Below the pieces are notes generated by a model, which was given only the letters and a program-made list of their open reading frames with translations, made no database searches and had not been told where the DNA came from. A stretch of 63,992 nucleotides of DNA, filler included, from Basidiobolus ranarum (lineage: Eukaryota), in assembly GCA_040143965.1 (NCBI GenBank). It is 7 parts of 7 records of this genome, joined end to end, with 100 filler letters (N's around TTAATTAATTAA, not from the genome) between each part and the next. Parts side by side here need not be neighbours in the genome. Positions count along the whole stretch, not along the records: positions 18,604 to 27,796 come from JASJQH010000862.1; positions 27,897 to 37,086 come from JASJQH010000863.1; positions 37,187 to 46,373 come from JASJQH010000864.1; 4 more parts are not named here. One strand, given 5' to 3'. Made by a program: the position numbers and the translations under genes. Below, piece after piece: positions 24,983 to 38,010 of this stretch. Position 1 is the stretch's first letter, and each line of letters starts with the position of its first letter.

Positions 24983-26101
24983 TCAAATCTCTCTGGCATA
25001 GATATAGAATTTATGGAGCACTGGATGATTTTGACCAGAGGTCTGATTCATGGCATCTGGTTGATCCCTCCAATCGATGATTTCCATATGAATTAATTTG
25101 AATTTAGCTTCAAGCATTTCTTGTTCGAACAATTCGATTTCGGCCAAGTAGCGATTCCGCAATGGAAGAACAAAATAAACACGTGAGGATGCTGTCCGGC
25201 TCAAAAACAATTCCAAGACGATGGGGATTGCGCGAGCTTGCCATGTGTCGTAAATAGCGTCTGTAGCGATTATATTCTCAAAATGGTCTCTGTATAATTC
25301 CTCATCACTATTGAGATCAATGGGTATATTGCGGTTGATATTGTCAATATTCTTCGAACTGTGCTTAAAGTACTCCCACCAGTCGAGTTTGCGTACCTGG
25401 CATATCTCTGAATATCCACTAAGATCGATATTTATCTGGACGTTGTCAAGAACACTTGGGTGATAATCGGTCATCGTTACATGGGATGCTCCTAGTTTAG
25501 CACACATCAGTCCAGCAAGTCCAGTACCACAACCTAACTCTAATATTCTTTTTCCAGATAAATCCAATTCGTAACCTGGCTCTCCGACTTCTACTTTACG
25601 TTCGTAGCCTTTTGTATGTCCACATAGTAGTTTTCCCATCACAATACTAGCAGACCAAGTTCGACAACCTAGATCAGCTTCAGCGAAAGTAGGCTCTCTA
25701 ATTTCCAACTTGATATTTTCTATGCCCTTTCGCTGACATTCGAATATCCAGAGTTGAGAGACCGGTCCTGTGGCGGCCCTACCACAGCGATTAGCTATCA
25801 TAGAACTTAACCGCTCCATCAACATGTCCTCTTCAAACATCCCTTTTGCACGGCGCTTCATTGTATGAACGACCCACTCATTGCACATACTTTTAACATA
25901 TTCTGTATTAATAGAAGATTCAGAAGACTCTTCTTCAACCGGTAAACACTGTGAACGATCCCATATTTCAATAGCAGCATTCTTTTCACCAAAATGCTCA
26001 TCTATTACATCTAGTAGTGAAGTCACCTCAACTTCATCCATAGGATCGCAACGATTCAGTCGTAAAAGTAAGGAAACGTCCTCATTGTGTGTAGTCTCCA
26101 T
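24983..26101 (-). CDS. SAM-dependent protein-lysine methyltransferase (Methyltransf_16, EFM2/METTL21-like)
   Basis: DLGCRTWSAS, ILELGCGTGLAG, MTDYHPSVLDN, LDW, IIATDAIY. Confidence 0.9.
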   Translation of the reverse strand: METTHNEDVSLLLRLNRCDPMDEVEVTSLLDVIDEHFGEKNAAIEIWDRSQCLPVEEESSESSINTEYVKSMCNEWVVHTMKRRAKGMFEEDMLMERLSSMIANRCGRAATGPVSQLWIFECQRKGIENIKLEIREPTFAEADLGCRTWSASIVMGKLLCGHTKGYERKVEVGEPGYELDLSGKRILELGCGTGLAGLMCAKLGASHVTMTDYHPSVLDNVQINIDLSGYSEICQVRKLDWWEYFKHSSKNIDNINRNIPIDLNSDEELYRDHFENIIATDAIYDTWQARAIPIVLELFLSRTASSRVYFVLPLRNRYLAEIELFEQEMLEAKFKLIHMEIIDWRDQPDAMNQTSGQNHPVLHKFYIYAREI

Positions 26102-26716
26102 AACTGAAATGTCTCTGGAAAAGTGATAGATTCCAATTTCTAATACAAGTGATTACCTTGTAGTAGAAAGAATCATATTGAAGGATAGCCGAGATTGAAA
26201 AAAAAAGTGATGTTAATTTGAATTGATCTAGAATCAAGCTTAAATACTACAGTTGCAGATCACTGGCATTCATAGGTAAAATCCAACCAAGGATCATCGT
26301 TGAGTGAATTTGGCCAGAATTATGGTAGGATTTAATCAACACTAATCGAGAGTTGTCTCATCAAAATAAAAGTTCGCAGGTAATGATCAACCTTCGGTAA
26401 ACTGGAATAGACTTATTAATGTAAACATCTTGGTACAGAAACCCGAAATGAAAGAGGTTCTTGAACTGAGAATAACCTGAATCCCACTTCTCTCATAGAA
26501 AACTTGAACGAAGTTTGAGTAGATCAATCTGGTGTGACTCCTGATGTTCACAAGAAAGCCCTGTTTGGTTATATGGACTTTTGTCCAGTGGACCTACATC
26601 TAGTACTGTATCTCTCCGCTTCGAAGAGGAAGACATGAGAAGAAAACAATATAAAAGTCAGCCATGGTTGGCAATGTCCAAAACATCATCCATCTGTCAA
26701 AGCCAATACTCTAGCC

Positions 26717-27346
26717 ATGCTAACCAAGCCAGCCTTTGTTGCCATCTGTCTCCTGGGATTATGCTCAGTTGCATTGGGCCATATAGAGATGATTCAACCG
26801 CCACCTCGCCATTCAAGATACAATCCCACCTTTAAAGGCGACCCTGATTGGAACATGAACTTCCCACTCAGCGCTGATAGATTCCCATTCCCTTGCCGCG
26901 GGTATGAACAGGGAGGGGTCGTCCAAACCGTCAAGGCAGGAGATTCTATAGATGTTAACTTGTCTGGTGGTGCTAAGCATTCTGGCGGCCATTGTCAATT
27001 TTCTCTGTCGTTTGACAACGCTAAAACCTTCGTCTCCATCATGGACGTTATGGATGACTGTGTCATTGCAGCCATGAGCTATCGTATAAAGATTCCCACC
27101 TCTGCTCCATCCAGTAAGAATGTGCTATTCGCTTGGAGCTGGGTTAACAAAGTCGGTAACCGTGAGTATTACATGAATTGCGCTGACATTGAAATTCAAG
27201 GTACAATTGGTGGATCTATTACTGGACCTCAGATGTTGGTTGTAAATTACCCCGGTTATCCTACCATCCCCGAGTTCCCTCACCCAGGCCAAGACACCGG
27301 TAAGAAACTCTTTGATGATAGACCCATTATCACCATTAGACCTTGA
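26717..27346 (+). CDS. Secreted lytic polysaccharide monooxygenase, AA11-like
   Basis: Signal peptide ending ALG followed by His1 (HIEMIQPPPR). Motifs GGAKHSGGHCQFSLS and FAWSWVNKVGNREYYMNCADI. Confidence 0.88.
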   Translation: MLTKPAFVAICLLGLCSVALGHIEMIQPPPRHSRYNPTFKGDPDWNMNFPLSADRFPFPCRGYEQGGVVQTVKAGDSIDVNLSGGAKHSGGHCQFSLSFDNAKTFVSIMDVMDDCVIAAMSYRIKIPTSAPSSKNVLFAWSWVNKVGNREYYMNCADIEIQGTIGGSITGPQMLVVNYPGYPTIPEFPHPGQDTGKKLFDDRPIITIRP

Positions 27347-27796
27347 ATGCACTCTTGGAGAAATCTTTTGACCTGAATAAACCATTGACTCAGATTAGTA
27401 GTTCATGTTGCATATTTACTAGAAATAGTGTTTCTGACACACAACCAACAAAATGAAACACCTTTTCAGGATCTGCATCCAGAATTTCGTGGTTGCACTC
27501 ACTCTTAAGCATGGTGGTATATGTTTATTTAATGATGGTTCCAGTACATCTTTAGTTGGATTCATGCCATGGCATAGTGTAGTCATAAAAGAACCTAAAT
27601 GGGGATTTCTATCCTCAATGGTAATACTGTATAACAAATACGAAAGAATAAATTAGAATAGTATTGATTAGTCAGGACGATCAAACCAACTCTGGATACC
27701 ATTCTGCTTTCATTCTGCTCACATATTCAGTCAAATTACTATGATTCTTCACAATACTCACTAGATCATCCCATGTATTGAACTCGAGGATAAACA

Positions 27797-27896
27797 NNNN
27801 NNNNNNNNNNNNNNNNNNNNNNNNNNNNNNNNNNNNNNNNTTAATTAATTAANNNNNNNNNNNNNNNNNNNNNNNNNNNNNNNNNNNNNNNNNNNN
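27797..27896. other. Artificial contig spacer
   Basis: N44-TTAATTAATTAA-N44. Confidence 0.99.
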
Positions 27897-28382
27897 ATAA
27901 GTTTATTGACTTAACTTATTGTTCTACAGAAGACACAATTGCTGATATATCAACCAAACCATTAGCTAGACAGAAATTTGAGAAATTTATACCTTTATTA
28001 GGATTAGCTTATATGACTATTTAGCTGAGGGAGAGTGTTGAAGTTAGCATTGCCTAAAATCCTATATTGTCCTATATAGCTTAGTACTCAGTTAACTTAT
28101 AATTTACTAAGGTATTATCCATTATTCTCAATTGGAATTTTCTTAGAATATTGTTACCAATTTAGAAGTTCTCATATATGTAGATTTTTCAAACTTGTGC
28201 TAGAAGCCCCAAACTTTGCACACATGTTCTTGGGACCTTTATAACACATTCTACATGTTAGTTTGTTTATATGTTGACAAAACTATAAATATCAACTTTC
28301 TACTCAATGAATCAATGAGTGAAAACCACCAATTGCTCTAATTCTCTAAACCACTTCCAACAGGCTCCCAAATACTTTGACA
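27897..28382 (+). mobile_element. Ty1/copia family 1 3' end: RNase H tail, PPT, 3' LTR (28036-28382)
   Basis: YCSTEDTIADISTKPLARQKFEKF, then GAGGGAGAG and a TG..CA LTR homologous to 44616-44962. Confidence 0.9.
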
Positions 28383-31382
28383 CTAATGATGGAATTTGTT
28401 ACATTCTCAACAGAAGTCATTATGGTACATATATTCCACTTGCTCTCTGTTGTTGCCTATCTTGGCAACAGTGAGAAAGAACATGTTGCTTAAAATCTCT
28501 GCCAGCCTTGAAATTATGTCTGTAGCAACTTTGATTACAAATGTTTATATGCATTTGTATGACTATTTTGTGCTTTTCAGACAAGCACTTGTTTCTTTAG
28601 TACTCTAAAAATACTATTAAGCATGATCAATCACCTTCCCAAAACTCTGTTATGAGTACAAAAAGTCAGCACCAATGTTAATCCAAAGGGTTGTACTAGT
28701 CTGGATATGCTTCACCATTTGTACATGAGGACGCTATGTTTGAATGATCTATGTAAATCAAATGATGATATGCATATGGTGAAATTAACTGCTGGCAGCA
28801 CTGATTAAAGTGATTTATAAGATGCGAAAGGAGCCATGTTTGACTATTTTGTGAAAGAAAAATTCTCAACGAACAGATTACGCTCTTATTGACCATATTC
28901 AGCCATGTTTCTGTTCTTTTTATATGCTTCAACCATGTTGAGTTTGATACATAAACATAGCAGCATTTAGTTAGACTAAGGAATGTACGAAATGAGTATA
29001 CTTATACCTCAATATCGTCATAATCTCATCTAGTGATAGATATCTCGAGTACACATGCAAAGTTGATTCAATTAAATTAACCAGAAGACAACAGAATGTA
29101 AAAGTATTGCTCAACTAACACGGTATTTGACTTTGATCAGATTTGGATTGAATCAATTTTGAGATAGTTGAAAGAAGTCAAGAAACTCTTGTAAGTCTGC
29201 ATAATGGATTCAACCTTATGACTTCTAAGTAGATCGAATATTCTCCCACGTAGTGGAGTTTTTGATTTAGAAAGCTAATGACAATAGCAAAGGTTAATGA
29301 TACATGTAGATTTTTGCGCTTCTTTGGTGGTGGTCAGGGCATTTTGTACTCTAGCTTATAGTAAGAAAGACACGCTTGGTAGAAGGATTATTTCCAACCA
29401 AGTATAATTATATTTGTAAAGACGTTGTATTCGATCCCAACTACCTTTTTGATGCTAGTTGTATGCAGGCTAAAAACGGTTTTTGATGAGATATGGGACC
29501 TGTGCGACTAGATATAGTGCAGCCTTGGTTTCTTCCGTGGTTACAGGGTGAGATATATGATACATCATTTGATTCGTAAGCACTACAATTTGCAGTATAT
29601 TATCGAATTTTAGACAATATAGATGAGTATTACTCCTGGATACTGCCAGGAACCTCATAGTCATTTACCTAATTGAGTTGCACATCACCAAGCAATGTAG
29701 TTCAGTTTGTAAGCAATAAGTTGGGGCGCCTTTCAGACCATGTGTATCTATTAGAGAAGGGTCTGGATTGGAACAATAAACTGATGTGAGATATAGCCTA
29801 TGTCTGGCTGGATCAACAAGAACTATGATTACTTGTTCAGGTGCGTGGAGTTCGTCAAGTAGATGTTCTTGCCAGCTGCCTCTCAATTGCTCAATCCGAA
29901 ACCTAATTAGAAGAGTGTCTTAGCTATTCATTTAACTACAAGCCCCTCTATGTTTACACCCTTAATTTAAACAACACCTCCTCGTCATTGGCATCCCTAA
30001 TTACTCACACTTATGACGCGACTCAGGGTAATAAGTTGAATGACAAACTATCTCGGAATCCAAATTAACTGTCATCACTAGCTAAATGCAAATGTTAGAG
30101 TAATCGTAGACTCGGTCTAAACGCCATTAACAAATAGAGAGTTATGGGTTTGTAGCATATTCTACGACGTTATTCTACTTTCGGCAGAGATGAGTAGAGT
30201 ACTTTCCCCATAAATATAGAAATGTTTCGAAATCCCGTCCAGTGTAACAGTTGTAAAACATGTCGTACCATGGCTAGCAGGGTATTTCCATAAAATCTAA
30301 TAATCAGCCAAGCGCTAATGTATTGAGGTTTCACTCGTTCAAGCTACGTATTCCATGATGACAGTGAAATGAATGCCACTTAACACTACGGAAACCCTGA
30401 TTACCCATTGTCATCTATTTGTCTTCTCTGCACGTATCTCATTACTGCGAGTAGATTTGTCTCCAGAACACGGAATATTCCTGTGAGAAGGATGCCCAAA
30501 CATAATAGACGAATTTACAATTTACCCTAAAAATAGTGCTTGTGGAAATGCTTGATAGCATGTACAACTCCCACTTGTGTTGTAAGGAGTTAGGAGTATG
30601 CGGCAAGCTAACAAGCATGCCTTATGGTTAAGTGGTCATTGTAAGCGCTCAGCTGTTGTTACATCCATATTGGACATTCCAAGTAGTTGTCGATCTGGTT
30701 GGGAAATCATGGCACACGAGGGTTCGGAATCAAGCGCATGATATTTATGTATGCGTTAGATGTGGGTAATAGCAAGAAACCTTATTTCCATCATTCATAC
30801 ATTTTCTCTGTTCCTAGCCAATTTGGGGTCTTGTAATACATGTTCCAGGAATCTCTAGCACTGATTGGTCCGTATTTTTACTGGCATCCAAATAAGGATA
30901 TAATTCGATGTAGATATTGTAGCAATATATACTCTAGACTTGAGAACCGCTTAATTTACACAGCTACTTTGATGAAAATTACGAGCCAATCAATTTAATT
31001 GGATAACATACAGAGTAATACTACTAGATATAGTCATCGCACACAAAGCATCTGGGTAACCAAATCAAAATTAGTCTGTCCCAATTTAAAGAGCTTGGTC
31101 CTCAACTCATCAGAGCAATCTTCAACCTACTCGAGCCAGTCTCAAGAAAGTCCTTGTTAAGGTTTATTATTTTCTTTCTTGTGCTACTAGATAAGTGGTG
31201 CCTTTAACTACTGTTCTTTGAAACAGTTATGTACCTACCCCTTTACATTCTCAACGAATAGTTTTTACCTTATTTTACCGACAATACAATTAATTTGAGC
31301 TTTTCACTCATCTGTACAAGCCATCTTCTCCCGATTTTGTATACACTCTATTCTTCTCTTATCATATTCCTAGAAAGAAAAG

Positions 31383-34248
31383 ATGCCCGGCGCCAACCTT
31401 GCACGCGGGAAGACTCTAAGTCGGCCGGACAGAAGTCATGCTCCTGCCCCAATGTTGAGTGGCAAGGACCAAAGAGCAACGTTCGACCCCTGGGTTTTGT
31501 TCTCAAAAATAGTCACTTTTTGGGCACCTGGCTTTCTCCTCGCTAAATGCGGTCTACCTGATAAGCAAATGCAACAAGCATGGAGGGAAAAAGTAGCCCT
31601 CTGCTTTATTGTAGCTTTCATTGGTGCTTCAGTGGTATTTCTTACGTTGGGCCTCCCATATGTATTTTGTCCAGCGTCTACAGTTGCAAACCAACAGAAT
31701 TATCAATCTGCTTCACCTGGTGTAGCTGGTAAGTCTTGTATATCTATACTCTCTACTTTTTAGACAGTGTAATAATCTTTATATTGAACCAGGTCAATTC
31801 GGAGTTGACGGTATCATGTATAGTATAGTTGGACAAGGTATCCCTGAATTGGCGTCTTTGGCACCAAGCGCAGATGCCAGTTTCAAGTTCGTACATGCGC
31901 CTATTGATGAATGTACCAAAGCAGCAAAGTACAACTACGCTGCTGTTTCTTTCGATATCTGTAAGACAACTACCTGTTTACCTTTTTCTGACTTATCTCA
32001 AAATACAGTTCAGAATAGTACTCGCAGAGTTGGTTTTGATTGGAGTCACCTCCCTGAAAACCACCTCGTTCTGGATGGACGAGTTTTATATATGAATCCA
32101 TATATGACTCAAAATACGGCTCCACTCCCGAACGACCTTGCAGATCGAATAATCCGTGACAGTATCAAGAACGGCATCGTAGATGTCACTAGGTCTTTTA
32201 TGCGTCGAAGTGAATTAGAGAGCGCGAGTAAATGTCTGGGTAAAAAATATCTAGCTGGATATTTGAGTAAATCTACACCTGGTTGTTTTGGTGTTCAGCT
32301 CTTCTTCGTTGTATCTATGGTTGTCATTCTTGGAATTGTCATGGCAAGATTTATCATGGCAGTCATTTTTGATTGGTTCATTTCGTTTAGATTATCCAAG
32401 CCACCGCCAAGGAGTATGCTCAAGCCTATAGTTGCCTCTAACAACGTCCCATGGGCCACTCAGACTTCCAATGTGTCCCATCTCCGTGCCCCAATGCCTA
32501 GTCTAAACCCCAACGAATTGTTTACCGTACTTCTTGTGACATGTTATTCAGAGGGTGAAAGTTCACTGCGGTGCACCCTAGAAAGTTTGGCTGCTACCGA
32601 GTATGGAGACGACCACAAGTTACTTTTCGTTATCTGTGATGGAATAATTACTGGTAGTGGTAATGATCGCAGTACACCTGACATTTGCGTTGACCTCTTA
32701 GAGCTCGATCCCTATTATGGACCAGATCCTGAACCCCAAAGCTATATTGCTGTTGCGGCAGGTTCTAAGCAACACAATATGGCAAAGGTTTACGTTGGAC
32801 ATTTCCATCATAAGGGACATCGTGTGCCAACGGTGGTTGTAGTGAAATGTGGTCCACCCGAAGAACAAAGCGCACCAAAACCCGGAAACAGAGGAAAGCG
32901 TGATTCACAGTTGATTTTAATGAACCTCTTCAGTCAAGTCATGTACAACGACAAGATGACCCCTCTAGATTACGATCTCTTCAAGAAAGTCACCCATCTA
33001 ATGGGTGTCACTCCTGACTACTTTGAAATTGTGCTGATGGGGGATGCCGATACTAAAGTCTACCCCGACTCTCTACGTCTTTTGATTAATTGCGTACAGA
33101 ATGATCCTATGATTATGGGACTCTGCGGTGAAACTAGAATTGCCAATAAGCGAGACTCGTGGGTAACGGCAATTCAAGTTTTTGAGTACTACATTTCGCA
33201 TCATCTTGGTAAAGGATTCGAGTCAGTATTTGGTGGTGTAACGTGTCTTCCGGGCTGTTTCTGTATGTATCGTTTGAAAGCTCGTAAAGGTGATAACGAT
33301 TGGGTGCCCATCATTACTAAACCTGAAATCGTCCAGGAATATTCTCAAAATGTGGTCGACACTCTTCATCAAAAGAATCTGCTACTGCTGGGTGAAGATC
33401 GCTTCCTCACCACTCTTATGTTACGTAACTTCCCCAACCGTAAAATGATGTTTGTTCCTCAAGCAGTTTGTAAAACAGTGGTTCCCGATGAGTTTCAAGT
33501 GTTATTATCTCAACGTCGTCGTTGGATTAATTCTACCATTCACAATCTCATGGAGCTTGCTCTGGTCCGTAATCTTTGCGGTACCTTTTGCTTCTCTATG
33601 CAATTTGTCGTAGTTATGGAATTGCTTGGTACCGTTTCCTTACCTGTAGCTATTATTATGACTTTCGTTTTGATCTTCAGTTTGGCTACAACGACTTTCA
33701 CAACTGCCGCTAGTTATTTCCCGTTGATCTTACTATTACTGAATTTGTTTCTACCCGCTATCCTTATTTTATTTACCACGCGCAAATTGATTTACATTGC
33801 TTGGATGTTTGTATATCTACTAGCCCTGCCCGTTTGGAATTTCGTACTACCTGTTTATGCTTATTGGCATTTTGATGATTTCTCTTGGGGTGAAACACGT
33901 AAAGTTGCTGGTGAGGCTAAAGGAGATGATCATGGCAAGAAGGATGGTACATTTGATGCTACTAAAGTTCCACTTCGACGATGGGAAGACTACGAACGTC
34001 GCCATTTACGTTCCATTAAACGCCGAGAAAGGAAGCAACGTAAGGAAACCCAAGCAGTCACTTCCAACAACAGTATGTATCACGAAGACAATGAATCCGC
34101 AGGGTTACTAGTCAGCGATTCCAATCAACTCCCACATGGCTCGTTTAGTGCCCGGGATTCCACGTCAGAGTTAGAATATTACGAAGAAGGATTTGATCAG
34201 CAATATGATTATCATGGGAAGGGAATTGAGCCTAGACATTTGTTCTGA
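31383..34248 (+). CDS. Chitin synthase, division 2 (class IV/V-like, no myosin motor domain), one intron ~31729-31792
   Basis: [78 protein letters not shown]. Confidence 0.97.
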
Positions 34249-36894
34249 GAGTAAATACCATCTATTATCATTCACCTAAAAACATCCCCAATCCATCAAA
34301 ATTTATACTCACTTAGAAAGGACTCTTCTCAGTAAATGTGTAGTTCTCTCACGTCTCCCATGAATTTCTCCAAACAAGCATCACTCTGATCTCTTGTAAT
34401 GAACAGAAGATTTTTATTGGATGTCCGATATTTCCGAATTTTACTCCATATACCTCCCACTTTTTAATCGCAACTATTATTTGCTGGCAAACGAACCATC
34501 ATATACCATTATGACTTCTTAGGAATAGTTATCGGTTAAACATCGCTTCCTTCATAATAAACACAATGATGTCAAAGTCTCTGGATAATTAATATCAAAT
34601 AATCTTGACCAATGACTCCGGCTCTTTTCGATAATGAATGGCTGTTGCTATAGTTGCATGGGAACTCGATTGCTTTTCATCTTGCTAGTGATAGATTATT
34701 GACTCCATTTTCGGAAATGTTTATGGGGCCTGAATGATAATTGGCTAGTTATAGAAATGAAAGTCGGGCACGGATCCCATCTAACCAACCCTTGTCATTT
34801 ATTAGAATCACCCAAATCCAGGAACTGGCCAGTATTCTCCAGTAACCACACTTGATCTGAAGTCATCTTAATATGATTGGAATATACAAAAGATTCTAGT
34901 TCATCATATCAAAATCACTACATTGGCCTCGTATAGTTTGAATCTTATAAATGATTTCCGCGGTTTAGTTTTAGAGTTTTTGTTGTGAATGGAATCTATG
35001 CTCAGAATTTAGATGGAAATAATGAGATCAGTAGTGAGTGAAATTGAATGTGACTATTAGGTTAATCTGTAGATAATTCAATTGAATTAGAATGAAATCA
35101 ATCTAGACAACTTTTAGCAGGGTCTTTGGGAGCGCATATAGAACCCGCATACAGTACGACTTACCTATACCTTAAGACGTATGATGTTTTGTACATTGCT
35201 CATGATGATCCGGATTTTAACTTGCATTGTTAGTTCCATTGTCATGTCGTTGAATTCTGATACCATTTCTTGGATCTTCAGCCAATTGCGAATGAAATCC
35301 AATTTATTCAAGTACTATTCAAGATTTGGTCCATCAAGAAGCTATCGAAAATGGGTATACCAAGAGATATGCACATGTTTCTGTTGAAATGAATGCAAAC
35401 CCAACATAAAATTGCTGCACAAAGGAAAGGACTGATGAAATAGTATAAGGATGAGGTAACAAGCATATTCTTCCGGTTATTATGTGAATTATGAGTCAAG
35501 TTAACTTCTCAGTGTGAGAAATACATGGGGGACATTACTGAATTGAAGTTGAAATGGACACCACTTGAAATCCTATGGTGGAGGTTGCGGGATTGGATAG
35601 GATTCTGGAAACCAATGTGAGTGAAAGGTCATGAACCATACATGAGTTCCAGTCATAATACCTGAACACCTACCAGGCTCTCCTATATTGAGAAGGAACA
35701 AATAATTTGGACCGTTACAGATGCCTAGGAGAAATAGATTAAATGTTTGATAGAGCCAAGCGTCACATGAAATAGATATTAATTGGCTACGGCAAAGGCG
35801 GGATACAGAAAGAAAATAACCGGATGTTTTGGATATGAATATAGATCCTATGACTACAACTCATCCTCAAACTTGTTTAAACATTCATCGTCATATTTCT
35901 ACTATGCAAACTATTTGGAATTCTTGATATCCTGGTCGTATCCTTTAGTTAGTAATGTATTGGATTTTAGTATATGCATGCCGACACAAGGTTGAAATGG
36001 TCCATCTTCACAATGACCTGTGTATTGAATTGGATGTGTATTACTGAGATGTATTAAAGATTTATTGAGGCAATCCTTCTCCCATGGAAGTACATAGTGC
36101 ACACATAAATATGTGAAGCCAATATAGATATCCCTGGTCCTGGAGCAGCTGTATTGTATGATAAATTGAAAGTGCGTAGAATAACCAGCAGTATAAGAAG
36201 CAAAATTATGATTTTGCGCATGTGGAGAATTAAATGGAAATAATAGGAATATAAATATACTAATTAAATGGAGGGGATATTTTGAGAAGCTTTGGTCATG
36301 CTTGTACTCCTTACCTTCTTTAATGTTGGTGCTATCAAAGAAAATCTCACCTGTGTGGATTGATAGGTATATCAGTATTTGAGAGTGTAATGTGTTCATA
36401 CTTACTATCTTTATTAATTTTACAAATTGTACTCCTGGAGAGTCTGTGTTAGTTGAAAATTGGAAAGAACATTAATTGGCCCAAAAATAGGCAATGTTCA
36501 ACTTGATATTTTTAAATTGTCAAAAATAAACCCAGATCAGATGGTGTTGGATATTCAAAGCTTCACCAAGTTGTATATCCAAACTCTTCTTTAATATAGG
36601 TGAACTATAGAAGAGTCAGTAAATTGAACTTGTGCAAACTAGTAGTAAGATTGCAAATAATACCCTCACATATGTTCTGAACACATCTCTATCATTTGAC
36701 CTTTGTCTTACTCTCAAAGGCACAGATGCTTCAAATGAAAAATCCGAAGCCTCTATTTGCAACTGGTATTACACATTTTGCCAACACTCTTTATAAAAAA
36801 ACTATTAGATGTGTAGATACCGGAGCACTCTGCTTATTTCGAGGCAGAATTTCCAAAGCAGGATCTATTCAAACATATTCATCAGCAGTGTCTT

Positions 36895-37070
36895 TGTTAA
36901 AGTATTTGGAAGCCTGTTGGAAGTGGTTTGGAGAATTAGAGGAATTGGTGATTTTCACTTATTGATTTATTGAGCAGAAAGTTGACATTTATAGTTTTGT
37001 CAAGATGTGAACAAACCAACGTGTAGAATATGTTAAGGAAGGTCCCAGGAACATGTGTGCAAAGTTTGGG
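36895..37070 (-). mobile_element. Partial copia family-1 LTR
   Basis: TGTTAAAGTATTTGGAAGCCTGTTGGAAGTGGTTTGGAGAATTAGAGG… matches 20277 onward. Confidence 0.9.
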
Positions 37071-37086
37071 TAAGTCATATAAACTA

Positions 37087-37186
37087 NNNNNNNNNNNNNN
37101 NNNNNNNNNNNNNNNNNNNNNNNNNNNNNNTTAATTAATTAANNNNNNNNNNNNNNNNNNNNNNNNNNNNNNNNNNNNNNNNNNNN
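37087..37186. other. Artificial contig spacer
   Basis: N44-TTAATTAATTAA-N44. Confidence 0.99.
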
Positions 37187-37650
37187 GATTCAGTTGTAGC
37201 CTTTGAAGGTTTGTGAGAGTCAGTAGAAGCTTCAGCAGACTTGTGAGATTCAGTAGTGGCTTTTGTAGTAGAGGCTGCAGTGGCCTTGTGAGAGTCAGTA
37301 GAGGCTTCAGTAGACTGGGGAGATTCGGTAGTGGCTTTAGTAGACCCGTGAACCTTAGCAGTTGCCTTTGAAGTAGAGGCTTCAGTGGCCTTGTGAGATT
37401 CAGTTGTAGCTTTTGAAGGATTTTGAGAGTCAGTAGAGGCATCAGTAGACTTGTAAGACTCGGTAGCGTCTTTTGTAGTAGCGGCTTCAGTTGGCTTGTG
37501 AGAGTCAGGAGTGGCTTCAATAGACTTGGGAGTAGAAGAGGCCTTAGTGGGCTTATGCGATTCAGTGGTAATTTCAGTAGACTTGTGGGATTCGATATTA
37601 ACCTTAGTAGATTTATGCAATTCAGTAGTGACTTCGGCGTTAGAAGCGGT
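37187..37650 (-). repeat. Coding minisatellite (~30-bp units)
   Basis: Variants of ttcagtagacttgtgagagtcagtagaggc in tandem. Confidence 0.85.
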
Positions 37651-38010
37651 GGACTTACTTTCAGTAGGCTTGGGAGTAACTTTGTTCTTATTGTACCAAG
37701 CGCACATTTTACCTTCGGTGCTATATTCGAAGGGAAGCCTTTGGAAGAGCCAGCAGCCTTCGTCCATACATGTGTTTAAACTGTTTATAAATGTGGTATG
37801 TCCAGGATTAGTAGAATCACAAAGACAAGACAGAGATTCCATAAAGTTAGGGCTGTTTGGATCCTCAGTATAGTCAGCATAGCACACCTTTCCAGCTTCT
37901 TCGTTACATGTGGCGACACAACTCGGCCAATAAGTGTAGGGAAAGTCTACAGCAGCTGAGACGAATCCAAAGGCAGTAAGACCTGCAAATATCGACGTAG
38001 TAAAATGCAT
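37187..38010 (-). CDS. Secreted protein: Cys-rich N-terminal domain plus Ser/Thr/His-rich tandem repeats; truncated at contig end
   Basis: Signal peptide MHFTTSIFAGLTAFGFVSA. Domain FPY…CVATC…AGKVC…YTEDPNSPNFMESLSCLC…CM…C…CAWYN. About 10-aa repeats such as EASTDSHKPT and KATTESHKAT. Confidence 0.85.

Noticed and set aside
37131-37873. Leu/Pro-rich and antisense ORFs over the S/T repeat gene
   Set aside because: Alternative-frame shadows of the coding minisatellite.
26717-38010. Apparent chitin/cell-wall gene cluster (AA11 LPMO, chitin synthase, secreted repeat protein)
   Set aside because: The three genes lie on three different contigs joined by artificial spacers.
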